From: Escherichia coli
Lineage (GTDB): Bacteria > Pseudomonadota > Gammaproteobacteria > Enterobacterales > Enterobacteriaceae
NCBI RefSeq assembly: GCF_029227855.1
Contig: NZ_CP074356.1
Length of the DNA: 64,000 nucleotides
Strand: one strand, 5' to 3'
The notes beneath the pieces are model-generated. The model saw only the letters and a program-made list of their open reading frames with translations. It did not search any database and had not been told where the DNA came from. The position numbers and the translations under genes are program-made. This document shows positions 42,026-49,809 of the stretch, piece after piece (the first letter of the stretch is position 1; each line of letters starts with the position of its first letter).

Positions 42026-42690
42026 TAAATCGGGAACAGAGGATGGTTAAACAACCGCGTCAGCCAGCCTGCGGCGTTGGCGTCGCTTAACGCGCCGCGT
42101 CCGGCATAGGAGATGCGGGCGTCGGCGATCCGCTGGGAGGAAACCGAGTTATCGTTCTGGATATCATCGGCGCGCACAAGGCCGCTTAAACGGATGTACT
42201 CATCGCCCTGGTTGAGGGTGAGCCATTTTTCGCCGCGAATTTCCAGGATGCCGTTGGGCTGCACCGCATGGACGGAAACAGTGATCTCCCCGCGCAGGCT
42301 GTTCTGCTGCTGGGAAGTGGCGCTGCCGTCAAAGTCGCGGTTCGCGTCGATGGAGCCGGAAAGCTTATCTTTGGTGTGACCAAAAATCGTCGGCGCGCCG
42401 ATGTTGACGGTGTTGTTTTTGCCGAAGTTGGTTTTCGCCTGTTTGCTCGACTGGGTGGATTCTTCGAGGATCACCGTCAGGATATCGCCCACGCGGTAAG
42501 CTCGCCGGTCGGCGGTGAGCGACCAGTTGTAGCCGGTTTCAAACACGCCCCCGGCACGCCCGTCTGCCGGAGGCGGCTCTTCGGTTTTCGGTGGCGCAAA
42601 GTATGCGTCGTCTTTTTTGACCAGAATGGCCTGCGATTCACACCCGCTAAGCAGGGGAAACAGCGCCACCAGCCAGAGATAATTTTTCAC
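42025..42690 (-). CDS. lfgH: Flagellar L-ring lipoprotein (FlgH-like)
   Basis: 221 aa; lipobox LLSGC. Confidence 0.85.
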   Translation of the reverse strand: MKNYLWLVALFPLLSGCESQAILVKKDDAYFAPPKTEEPPPADGRAGGVFETGYNWSLTADRRAYRVGDILTVILEESTQSSKQAKTNFGKNNTVNIGAPTIFGHTKDKLSGSIDANRDFDGSATSQQQNSLRGEITVSVHAVQPNGILEIRGEKWLTLNQGDEYIRLSGLVRADDIQNDNSVSSQRIADARISYAGRGALSDANAAGWLTRLFNHPLFPI

Positions 42691-42728
42691 GTTCTGCCTG
42701 TTTTAAATACAGTGAGTTATGCGCTTTT

Positions 42729-42766
42729 GTAGGTCGGATAAGACGCGTCAGCGTCGCATCCGACAT
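42729..42766. repeat. REP element inside the flagellar operon, between lfgG and lfgH
   Basis: GTAGGTCGGATAAGACGCGTCAGCGTCGCATCCGACAT, REP-type palindrome. Confidence 0.6.
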
Positions 42767-42772
42767 TTCGCC

Positions 42773-43558
42773 TTACAGCGTCTGGCTGATGTACTGCAAC
42801 ATATCGTCCGCCGCCGACACCATTTTGGCGTTCATCTCGTACGCGCGTTGCACCGTAATCATCGCCACCATTTCGTTGACGATATCCACGTTCGATCCTT
42901 CCAGCGCGTTGTCCTGCAAGGTGCCAAGCCCATCTTCACCCGGCACCCCTTCGGTCGGCTGGCCGCTGGCGGCGGTTTCCAGATAGAGGTTGTCACCCTC
43001 GGCAGAAAGCCCCGCCGGGTTAGCGAAGTTAACCAGCGTCAGTTGCCCTAACTCGGTCACGTCGCTGTCGCCAGGTAAGATCGCCGTCACCGTGCCGTCC
43101 TCACCAAAAGCAACATTAGTCGCCCCCGCCGGAACGTCGATTTCCGGCTGTAACGGCAAGCCTTGCGAGTTGGTCAGCACGCCGTCGGCGTTCACCTGCA
43201 AGTTGCCGTCGCGGGTATAGGCGATATCGCCGTTGGCCTTTTGCACCTGCAAAAACCCCTGCCCCATAATGGCGACATTCATCGCGTTGTCGGTGGTTTC
43301 AACGTTGCCTTCGGTGAAGGTTTTCTGAGTGCCGACAATGCGCACGCCGCTACCGAATTGCAGCCCGGTCGGCATGATGTTGTTCTGGTCGAGCATCGCG
43401 CCCGGCGCTTCCTGGGTCTGGTAGAACAGATCCTGAAACATCACCCGGTCGCGCTTGAAGCCGGTGGTGTTAACGTTGGCGATGTTGTTGGCAATCGCGC
43501 TCATTTCAGCATCCTGCGCCGAGAGGCCGGTTTTGCTGATCCATAATGCTGCGTTCAT
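42773..43558 (-). CDS. lfgG: Flagellar distal rod protein (FlgG-like)
   Basis: 261 aa; rod-family N-terminal motif and C-terminal ...AYEMNAKM. Confidence 0.85.
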   Translation of the reverse strand: MNAALWISKTGLSAQDAEMSAIANNIANVNTTGFKRDRVMFQDLFYQTQEAPGAMLDQNNIMPTGLQFGSGVRIVGTQKTFTEGNVETTDNAMNVAIMGQGFLQVQKANGDIAYTRDGNLQVNADGVLTNSQGLPLQPEIDVPAGATNVAFGEDGTVTAILPGDSDVTELGQLTLVNFANPAGLSAEGDNLYLETAASGQPTEGVPGEDGLGTLQDNALEGSNVDIVNEMVAMITVQRAYEMNAKMVSAADDMLQYISQTL

Positions 43559-43584
43559 GGTGGTTTATTCCCTGGTGTCTGTTA

Positions 43585-44322
43585 TCACGAGCCGCGCAAT
43601 AAGCGGTTGCCCGCGTCGCTGATATCTTCGGCGGTTTTCATCATCTTGATCTGCGCCTCAAACTGGCGGTTCATGGCGATGGACGACATCATTTCGCTCA
43701 CCGCCGAGACGTTGCTGCCTTCGAGAAAACCGCCACTGACTTTGATATTTTCATCGCGCTGGGCCGGAACGCCGTCGGCAGTTATCAGCATCCCTTCAGG
43801 ATTTTTCGCCAGGTTAGCAACCGGAATATCCACCAGCTTCAGGCGGTCGATATCCATCGTCGCGGTCACGTCGCCGTCATCGGGCGTCACCGACAGCGTG
43901 CCGTCGCTGCCAAACGAGGCGATGGCGTTCGGCGGCAGAATGATCGGCCCGTTATCCCCCAGCACCAGATTGCCGTCGATGGTCAGTTGCCCCTGGTCAT
44001 CCTGCTGAATGTTGCCGTTGCGGGTGTAGACTTCGTTGCCGTTTTTATCCTGCACCGCAATGTAACCCGCGCCCTGAATCGCCACGTCCAGCGGGCGTTC
44101 GGTTTTCTCCGCAACACCGGTGCTGTCGTTCACGCCGCTGGCCCCTTCCTGCGCCATATAGCGCGTGTCGAAGCCGCCGCCTTTCACCTTGTCGTTGGTC
44201 GCCATCGCCATATCGGCACGAAAACCATTGGTGTTGACGTTCGCCAGGTTATTGGCGCTAATTTGCTGCTCGTACAGAGTCTGAGAAGCCCCACTCAGGG
44301 CGGTATAAATCAGGCGATCCAT
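43585..44322 (-). CDS. lfgF: Flagellar proximal rod protein (FlgF-like)
   Basis: 245 aa rod-family protein. Confidence 0.8.
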   Translation of the reverse strand: MDRLIYTALSGASQTLYEQQISANNLANVNTNGFRADMAMATNDKVKGGGFDTRYMAQEGASGVNDSTGVAEKTERPLDVAIQGAGYIAVQDKNGNEVYTRNGNIQQDDQGQLTIDGNLVLGDNGPIILPPNAIASFGSDGTLSVTPDDGDVTATMDIDRLKLVDIPVANLAKNPEGMLITADGVPAQRDENIKVSGGFLEGSNVSAVSEMMSSIAMNRQFEAQIKMMKTAEDISDAGNRLLRGS

Positions 44323-45524
44323 TACATTGCCTGGAACAGCGCGTCATCGAGCTGCGTGCTGGTAGCGATAACTTTGGTGTTGGCCTGATAGTTACGCTGG
44401 GCGGTCATCAGGTTGACCAGTTCGCTGGTGATATCGACGTTAGAGCTTTCGAGCACGCCGGACGACAGCGTGCCGCAGGTGCCGGAGCCGGGAACGCCAA
44501 TCAGCGGGGTGCCGGACTCGCCCGTTTGTACCCACGCGGTGCCGCTCACTGCCTCCAGGCCGTTTTCATTCGGGAAAGTCGCCAGCACCACCTGCCCCTG
44601 CAACATGCGCTCGCCGTTGCTGTAGGTGGCGTAAACTTTGCCATCGTCATCAACCTGCACACCGTTTTGCGTTGCGGAGGCGTAGCCGTTGGCAGCGTTG
44701 GTGGTGACCGAGAAGTCCGAGCCGTATTGCGTACAAGTGGTGTAATCGACGGTTAAGTCGATGGGTGCGGCGGCGTCGGTCTGAAACTCAATGGTCTGTG
44801 GCGTGGTTGGCGAGGTCAGCTTCCCGGTATTCGGGTCGAAAGTTAAGGTCGTCGCCGGAACGCCAGTCTGCTGCTGACCGTCGAAGGTGTACTGCACTTC
44901 CCAGGTGTTTTCGCTGGTTTTGGTGAAATACTGGCATACCGAGTGTTCGTTACCTAATGAGTCATACACCGTGGTGGTGTAGCTGTCGGTGTACGAGCTG
45001 CTGTTGGTGGCGTCGAACGGTACGGTTGTACGGTCGATAGCTTCATCGCTGGCGTTGAAGTTAGCGGTAAAGGTCAGGCTGCTGCTGGCCTGCGCCGGGA
45101 TATTGCCGGTTTTGATCTGGATATCGGTGACCGTACCGGTTTGCAAAGTGCCGCTGTCATCGACCGGATACCCCTGCAAATAAGCGCCCGAGGCGTTGAC
45201 GATATAGCCGTTTTTGTCGGTTTCAAACGATCCGGCGCGGGTATAAGAAATGTTGCCCGCGCTGTCGCAGGTAACAAAAAAGCCATCGTTGTTAATCGCT
45301 AAATCGAGCGCGTTACCGGTGGAGACCAGCGAACCGCCACGCGAAATGCTCTGCGCGGTGCCTGCCACGCTGACGCCCATCGCCTGACTTCCGGCATACA
45401 TGGCGGAAAACTGGGTGGTCATCGACTTATAGCCCACCGTTCCGGCGTTGGCGATGTTGTTACTGATCCCGTCCAGCTGTTCGTTAACGGCATTCAGCCC
45501 CGTTGCGGCAATTTCATAACTCAT
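44322..45524 (-). CDS. lfgE: Flagellar hook protein (FlgE-like)
   Basis: 400 aa; conserved termini. Confidence 0.85.
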   Translation of the reverse strand: MSYEIAATGLNAVNEQLDGISNNIANAGTVGYKSMTTQFSAMYAGSQAMGVSVAGTAQSISRGGSLVSTGNALDLAINNDGFFVTCDSAGNISYTRAGSFETDKNGYIVNASGAYLQGYPVDDSGTLQTGTVTDIQIKTGNIPAQASSSLTFTANFNASDEAIDRTTVPFDATNSSSYTDSYTTTVYDSLGNEHSVCQYFTKTSENTWEVQYTFDGQQQTGVPATTLTFDPNTGKLTSPTTPQTIEFQTDAAAPIDLTVDYTTCTQYGSDFSVTTNAANGYASATQNGVQVDDDGKVYATYSNGERMLQGQVVLATFPNENGLEAVSGTAWVQTGESGTPLIGVPGSGTCGTLSSGVLESSNVDITSELVNLMTAQRNYQANTKVIATSTQLDDALFQAM

Positions 45525-45547
45525 TGTTTCGTCCTGTTAATTGATTC

Positions 45548-46261
45548 TTACGCCACATCACTGTCGGCATCGGGTACGCCAAACTGGCTAATCATGGTGA
45601 ACGGCACTTCGCCCACGCCTGCAACATTGAGCACCGGAGAGCTGCCGTCGAGCGGGATGCGTACATCTTCCACTTCGCCGGAAACTTCAATCGGCACCTC
45701 TTCTTCCCCGGTGTTGGTCACCACCGAGACGTCGTAATCACCCGGCGGGATACCGTAATCCGCCGGATTAATCGAGAAATCCACCTGGCCTGGCCCGACG
45801 GACGAACTGCCTTCCGGGATCAGCGACACCGTATAGTCATCGCCTGCGGCATCGGTAAAGTGGAGATCGGCGGTGGTACAGGCGTCGTCAAGCGTGGCGC
45901 GACCATTAATGGTCTGGTCGCTCACCTGCAAGGCGGTGGTCTGCACCATAATGTCGTCACCCACCAGGTTGCCGAGCGCCATTACCTGAATGTTGCTCAT
46001 CAGCACCGCGTTGGTGTTGGCCTGCACGCTCATCTCTTCCATCATCGCCACCTGCGCCATCGACGAAAGCTGGTCGATGTATTCGGTGGCGTCAGTCGGG
46101 TCGGTCGGGTCCTGGTTTTGGATCTCGGCGACAAACAGCGTCAGGAAGGTATCGACGGGCGAGCTATCGCTGCTGCTTGTCGTGTCGCTGGCCGCCACGT
46201 TGTTGCTTTCCGCCGTGGCGGTCGGCTGCGGCGATTGCGCATTCAGCGCCAGGGTATTCAT
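45548..46261 (-). CDS. lfgD: Flagellar hook-capping / assembly protein (FlgD-like)
   Basis: 237 aa; FlgD N-terminal motif FLTLFVAEIQNQDP. Confidence 0.8.
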   Translation of the reverse strand: MNTLALNAQSPQPTATAESNNVAASDTTSSSDSSPVDTFLTLFVAEIQNQDPTDPTDATEYIDQLSSMAQVAMMEEMSVQANTNAVLMSNIQVMALGNLVGDDIMVQTTALQVSDQTINGRATLDDACTTADLHFTDAAGDDYTVSLIPEGSSSVGPGQVDFSINPADYGIPPGDYDVSVVTNTGEEEVPIEVSGEVEDVRIPLDGSSPVLNVAGVGEVPFTMISQFGVPDADSDVA

Positions 46262-46692
46262 CAGGCTTCTCCCAGTTTCAGCAGGCTTTGCTGCATACTT
46301 TTCACGTTGTTGAGCACATCGACGTTGGTTTCAAAATCGCGCGAGGCCGACATCATGTCCGCCATCTGTTCCACCACGTTGACGTCGGGATACCAGACAT
46401 CTCCGTTAGCATCCGCCAGCGGCGAATGCGGTTCATAGCGTTTCACCGCCCCGCCGGTTTGCAGCACGTCCTGCACCTGCACGCTGGCACCGTCAATGGC
46501 ATGGCGATGTGTACCCGCCAGCAAGCTGTGGTGATACACCGCCGCAAACACCGGGCTGCGCGCTTTATACGCCTGCGCCTCGCTGCTGGCGGGTGCATTG
46601 GCATTCGCCAGGTTACTGGCAACGGTATTCAGACGTAGCGTTTGCGCTGTCATCGCCGAACCGGAAATCTGATAGATATCAGTAAATGACAT
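46261..46692 (-). CDS. lfgC: Flagellar proximal rod protein (FlgC-like)
   Basis: 143 aa rod protein. Confidence 0.85.
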   Translation of the reverse strand: MSFTDIYQISGSAMTAQTLRLNTVASNLANANAPASSEAQAYKARSPVFAAVYHHSLLAGTHRHAIDGASVQVQDVLQTGGAVKRYEPHSPLADANGDVWYPDVNVVEQMADMMSASRDFETNVDVLNNVKSMQQSLLKLGEA

Positions 46693-46694
46693 GC

Positions 46695-47030
46695 TTATTT
46701 CCCTTCAATGGCCTCTCTGATGCCGCTGATTTGCAGATTCAGGAAGGTCAGACTGCTTTGATAATCCATACTATTTTGTGAAAACCGCGCCTGTTCGCTG
46801 TTCAGCTCCACGGTGTTGCCATCTTCCGACGGCTGCATCGGCACGCGGTACTGGACATCCACCGCCGCGTTATTTGCCCGTTGCATCTCCCTGGCAAAAT
46901 CAATATCTTTAGCCTTGAAATTTGGCGTATCGACGTTCGCCAGATTCGCAGTCAGTAGCTCGGTCCTCTCAAGACGTAACTTCACTGCCTGCGGATGTAC
47001 TCCCAATGCCTGTTGAAAACTGATCCCCAT
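46695..47030 (-). CDS. lfgB: Flagellar proximal rod protein (FlgB-like); upstream in-frame ATG at 47060 is probably not used
   Basis: Rod motif LTANLANVDTPNFKAKDIDFA; start at 47030 has an RBS and lies downstream of the sigma-54-type promoter. Confidence 0.8.
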   Translation of the reverse strand: MGISFQQALGVHPQAVKLRLERTELLTANLANVDTPNFKAKDIDFAREMQRANNAAVDVQYRVPMQPSEDGNTVELNSEQARFSQNSMDYQSSLTFLNLQISGIREAIEGK

Positions 47031-47066
47031 TTCCTGCGTCACTCCTGCTTCAATCCGCATACGCTA

Positions 47067-47082
47067 GGCAATTACCGTGCCA
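47067..47082 (-). promoter_or_regulatory. Sigma-54 (-24/-12) promoter of the lfgB rod/hook operon
   Basis: Minus strand reads TGGCACGGTAATTGCC, a near-perfect match to TGGCACG-N4-TTGC, about 35 nt upstream of the proposed lfgB start. Confidence 0.55.
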
Positions 47083-47090
47083 TTTTTTAA

Positions 47091-47849
47091 GTGACTGATG
47101 AGAAAGGGTTTATGAGTTTTCAATTTTGCAGGCGGAAGTTTTATTTCCTCCTGGCGCTGGCCTTACCGGGCTACGCCGCCGTCTACCCCGTGCAACACAG
47201 CGCGCGGGAACAAGTCAACGCCCAGGTGCTGAATGCCGCGAGCCAGCAGATTGAATCGCTGGCGCAGCAGCGGCAGTGGCATGACTATCGCTACACCTTT
47301 AAGGTCTACATTCCCTCGCAGATTGCGACCGCTGCGCCCTGTGCTGCGGCACCCGGCGTCACGCTGACGTCGCCTGTGGACATCGCCCTCAACCGCATGA
47401 ACTTCACCGTCAGTTGCCCGCAAAGCTGGCAGATGAACGTGGCGGTGCGCCCGGATGTGCTGGTGCCGGTGGTGATGACAAAGTCACTGGTTGCCCGCGA
47501 TACGCCGCTCACGGCGAATGATGTGGAGCTGAAGCCCTACAACGTCAGCGCCCAGCGTCGCGATGTGTTGATGGAGCTTGATGACGCAATTGGTTTAAGC
47601 AGTAAGCACGCGCTGCAGCCGGGCAGGCCAATCACCAAAGAAGAGCTGGTCTCTCCGGTACTGATCGAGCGCGATCAGCCGGTGATGATTGTTTACCAGA
47701 ACGCGGGGATCACCGCCTCGATGCCCGGCGTGGCGCTGAAAAATGGCCGCAAAGGCGAGATGGTGAAAGTACGTAACGCAAGCAGCCAGCGGGTCATCAG
47801 CGCGATGGTGGCGGAAAGCGGCGTGGTGACAACGGTAAGCGCGGAGTAA
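47091..47849 (+). CDS. lfgA: Flagellar P-ring assembly chaperone (FlgA-like); alternative start at 47112
   Basis: 252 aa with signal peptide; divergent from lfgB. Confidence 0.75.
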   Translation: MTDEKGFMSFQFCRRKFYFLLALALPGYAAVYPVQHSAREQVNAQVLNAASQQIESLAQQRQWHDYRYTFKVYIPSQIATAAPCAAAPGVTLTSPVDIALNRMNFTVSCPQSWQMNVAVRPDVLVPVVMTKSLVARDTPLTANDVELKPYNVSAQRRDVLMELDDAIGLSSKHALQPGRPITKEELVSPVLIERDQPVMIVYQNAGITASMPGVALKNGRKGEMVKVRNASSQRVISAMVAESGVVTTVSAE

Positions 47850-47863
47850 TTTGCGCAGGCGAT

Positions 47864-47871
47864 TAAAGTTT
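47864..47871 (+). promoter_or_regulatory. Candidate sigma-28-type -35 element upstream of lfgM
   Basis: Exact TAAAGTTT about 60 nt upstream of the lfgM start; no matching GCCGATAA-type -10 found at the standard spacing. Confidence 0.25.
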
Positions 47872-47929
47872 TGCCGCCTGTTAACCGCTTTACCGGAGTA
47901 ACACACCTTCAAACAGAGACGAGGTTGCG

Positions 47930-48205
47930 ATGAAAATCACCCCGACTATGCCAGGCAATCGCCCGACAGCCACAACGGCAGGCTCCAGCCAGCCGAGCAA
48001 AACTACGGCGACCACCACGACGCTGAGCGCCGACGACATTACCCAGGCGGGATTGCAGTCTGCCCAGCAAACGCTGAACGACCAGCAAGAGAGCGATATC
48101 GACAGCGATAAAGTGGCGCAAATGCAGGCGATGCTGGCCTCCGGCAGCCTGCAAGTGGACACCGAACAGTTAGCCAGCGACATGCTGAGTTTTTTCCAGA
48201 ACTAA
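47930..48205 (+). CDS. lfgM: Anti-sigma-28 factor (FlgM-like)
   Basis: 91 aa Ser/Thr/Gln-rich protein immediately before the FlgN-like gene. Confidence 0.7.
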   Translation: MKITPTMPGNRPTATTAGSSQPSKTTATTTTLSADDITQAGLQSAQQTLNDQQESDIDSDKVAQMQAMLASGSLQVDTEQLASDMLSFFQN

Positions 48206-48217
48206 GAGGCCGATGAA

Positions 48218-48646
48218 GTGAGTATCCGGTTACAACAGGTGAAGGCGTTGTTGCAGGGAATTCGTGACGATGACGCGCTGTATGATTCCCTGCGCGAACT
48301 TCTCCAGCGTCAGCGGATCTGCATGATTCGCCGCGCCAGCGAAGAGCTGCTGGCGGTAAACGAGGAGATAACCCATCACTATGAGCAGTTGCATGGGCAT
48401 AGCCATCAGCGGCACAGCCTGCTGAAAATGCTTAATGTCAGTGTAAATCGTGACGGTCTGGCGCAGGTTTTTGCCTGGCTTCCGGCGGTACAAAAAGCGG
48501 CAGCACAACAGTTGTGGCAACGCCTTGAGCAAAAAGCGGAACGCTGCAAAGCCTACAACGACAAAAACGGCGAGCTGTTGATTCGCCAGTATGAATTTAT
48601 TCAGTCTTTTTTAGGTAGCGAAGCTGATTTTCTCTATCAGGAATAA
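48218..48646 (+). CDS. lfgN: Flagellar export chaperone (FlgN-like)
   Basis: 142 aa helical protein after the FlgM-like gene. Confidence 0.65.
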   Translation: MSIRLQQVKALLQGIRDDDALYDSLRELLQRQRICMIRRASEELLAVNEEITHHYEQLHGHSHQRHSLLKMLNVSVNRDGLAQVFAWLPAVQKAAAQQLWQRLEQKAERCKAYNDKNGELLIRQYEFIQSFLGSEADFLYQE

Positions 48647-48773
48647 CGCGAATACCTTCCCCCATCGCGGAAATGGATTTTCCGCCTGATTCACAATCCT
48701 TTGTTTTTGATTATAAAAATTCCCGGCACGCTTATTGCACATTCCGCAAAGTAATAAAGACTGGAAGCCACCT

Positions 48774-49703
48774 ATGAGTTTTATTGAATGTTACGAACCG
48801 GAATACGTGCGCAATTTTATGACGCAATATCCCGATTCGCCTTTGTACATCCGCAAGGTGTGGAAAAACGAGATTCGCCAGAGCCTGATGCTGACAGAGC
48901 CAGAAAGCTGCGAAGCGGTGCTCAACGATGCCAGGGCCTTTGATTTACAGCTCACCTACCGCCCGGCGGAAGATAATGCCGCAGAACTCTCCGCGCGCGA
49001 TGCGATAGTAAACCAGGTCATTTTGAGCACCCTTACGCTCCCCGATTTACCCCCGGAGCTTTCACTGTACGCCGTCGGGATTTTGCTCTCCCGCGCCAGC
49101 AAAATGCCGGGCAGAGACGGAGATATTCTTGCCCGCTTGACGACGCTGCCACAGGCGCTGGCCGCTCATGCACAAAAAGGCACGCTACAGGCACAGTTCG
49201 CCCAGTTGCCGCCTGTACCACAGCTGGCGCGCCAACTGGTGACGCTGCTCGGCAGTTGTGCGTTTGACTGGTCGATTCTGCCGGAAAGCCCGCGCAAAAC
49301 TTCCCTGCCGTTGCAGATGCCTTTGCTGGCGCTACATGACGCCAACAGCGAAGCCCTGTTGCAACAGCAGCTTCAGGCACAGTGGCAAACCACCTGGCAA
49401 CAGCATTTTGCCACCGCGCCCTGGATGATGTGTAACTGGCTGATTTACCGCGTTTACCATGAGGTGATTGGACAGGCAGACGGAGCAGATTATTGCCCGC
49501 TGGTGTGCGATTTTTATTTTATCCGCACGTTAATCAGTTTATGGACGCTGGATGGTTCTCCGCTGCGGAAGGAGGATATTTTCGCCCTTTTTGCGGTGTT
49601 TGAACGCTGGCGAGAGAGTGAAAATGCGCTGTTTATTCGCCAGCAAATTCAGTCGTTATGTGCCGCCGACCCGCTGCTTTCAGCGTTTTCGCTGCTGACG
49701 TGA
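48774..49703 (+). CDS. Flag-2-associated hypothetical protein
   Basis: 309 aa from MSFIECYEPE with RBS GGAAG; no recognisable domain; track ORF starts at 48735. Confidence 0.5.
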   Translation: MSFIECYEPEYVRNFMTQYPDSPLYIRKVWKNEIRQSLMLTEPESCEAVLNDARAFDLQLTYRPAEDNAAELSARDAIVNQVILSTLTLPDLPPELSLYAVGILLSRASKMPGRDGDILARLTTLPQALAAHAQKGTLQAQFAQLPPVPQLARQLVTLLGSCAFDWSILPESPRKTSLPLQMPLLALHDANSEALLQQQLQAQWQTTWQQHFATAPWMMCNWLIYRVYHEVIGQADGADYCPLVCDFYFIRTLISLWTLDGSPLRKEDIFALFAVFERWRESENALFIRQQIQSLCAADPLLSAFSLLT

Positions 49704-49720
49704 AGCCGCTCTCGATCGGT

Positions 49721-49751
49721 CCCCTCGCCCCTTCGGGGAGAGGGTGAGGGG
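49721..49751. repeat. GC-rich imperfect palindrome (CCCCTCGCCCC..GGGGAGAGGGTGAGGGG)
   Basis: Shares the GGGGAGAGGGT..GAGGGG motif, in inverted orientation, with the element at 59434-59472. Confidence 0.4.
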
Positions 49752-49809
49752 CAAAGCACGCACAGCCCTCCTTACCCATCAAATTAACCCCTTAACTCAC
49801 CTAAACACC

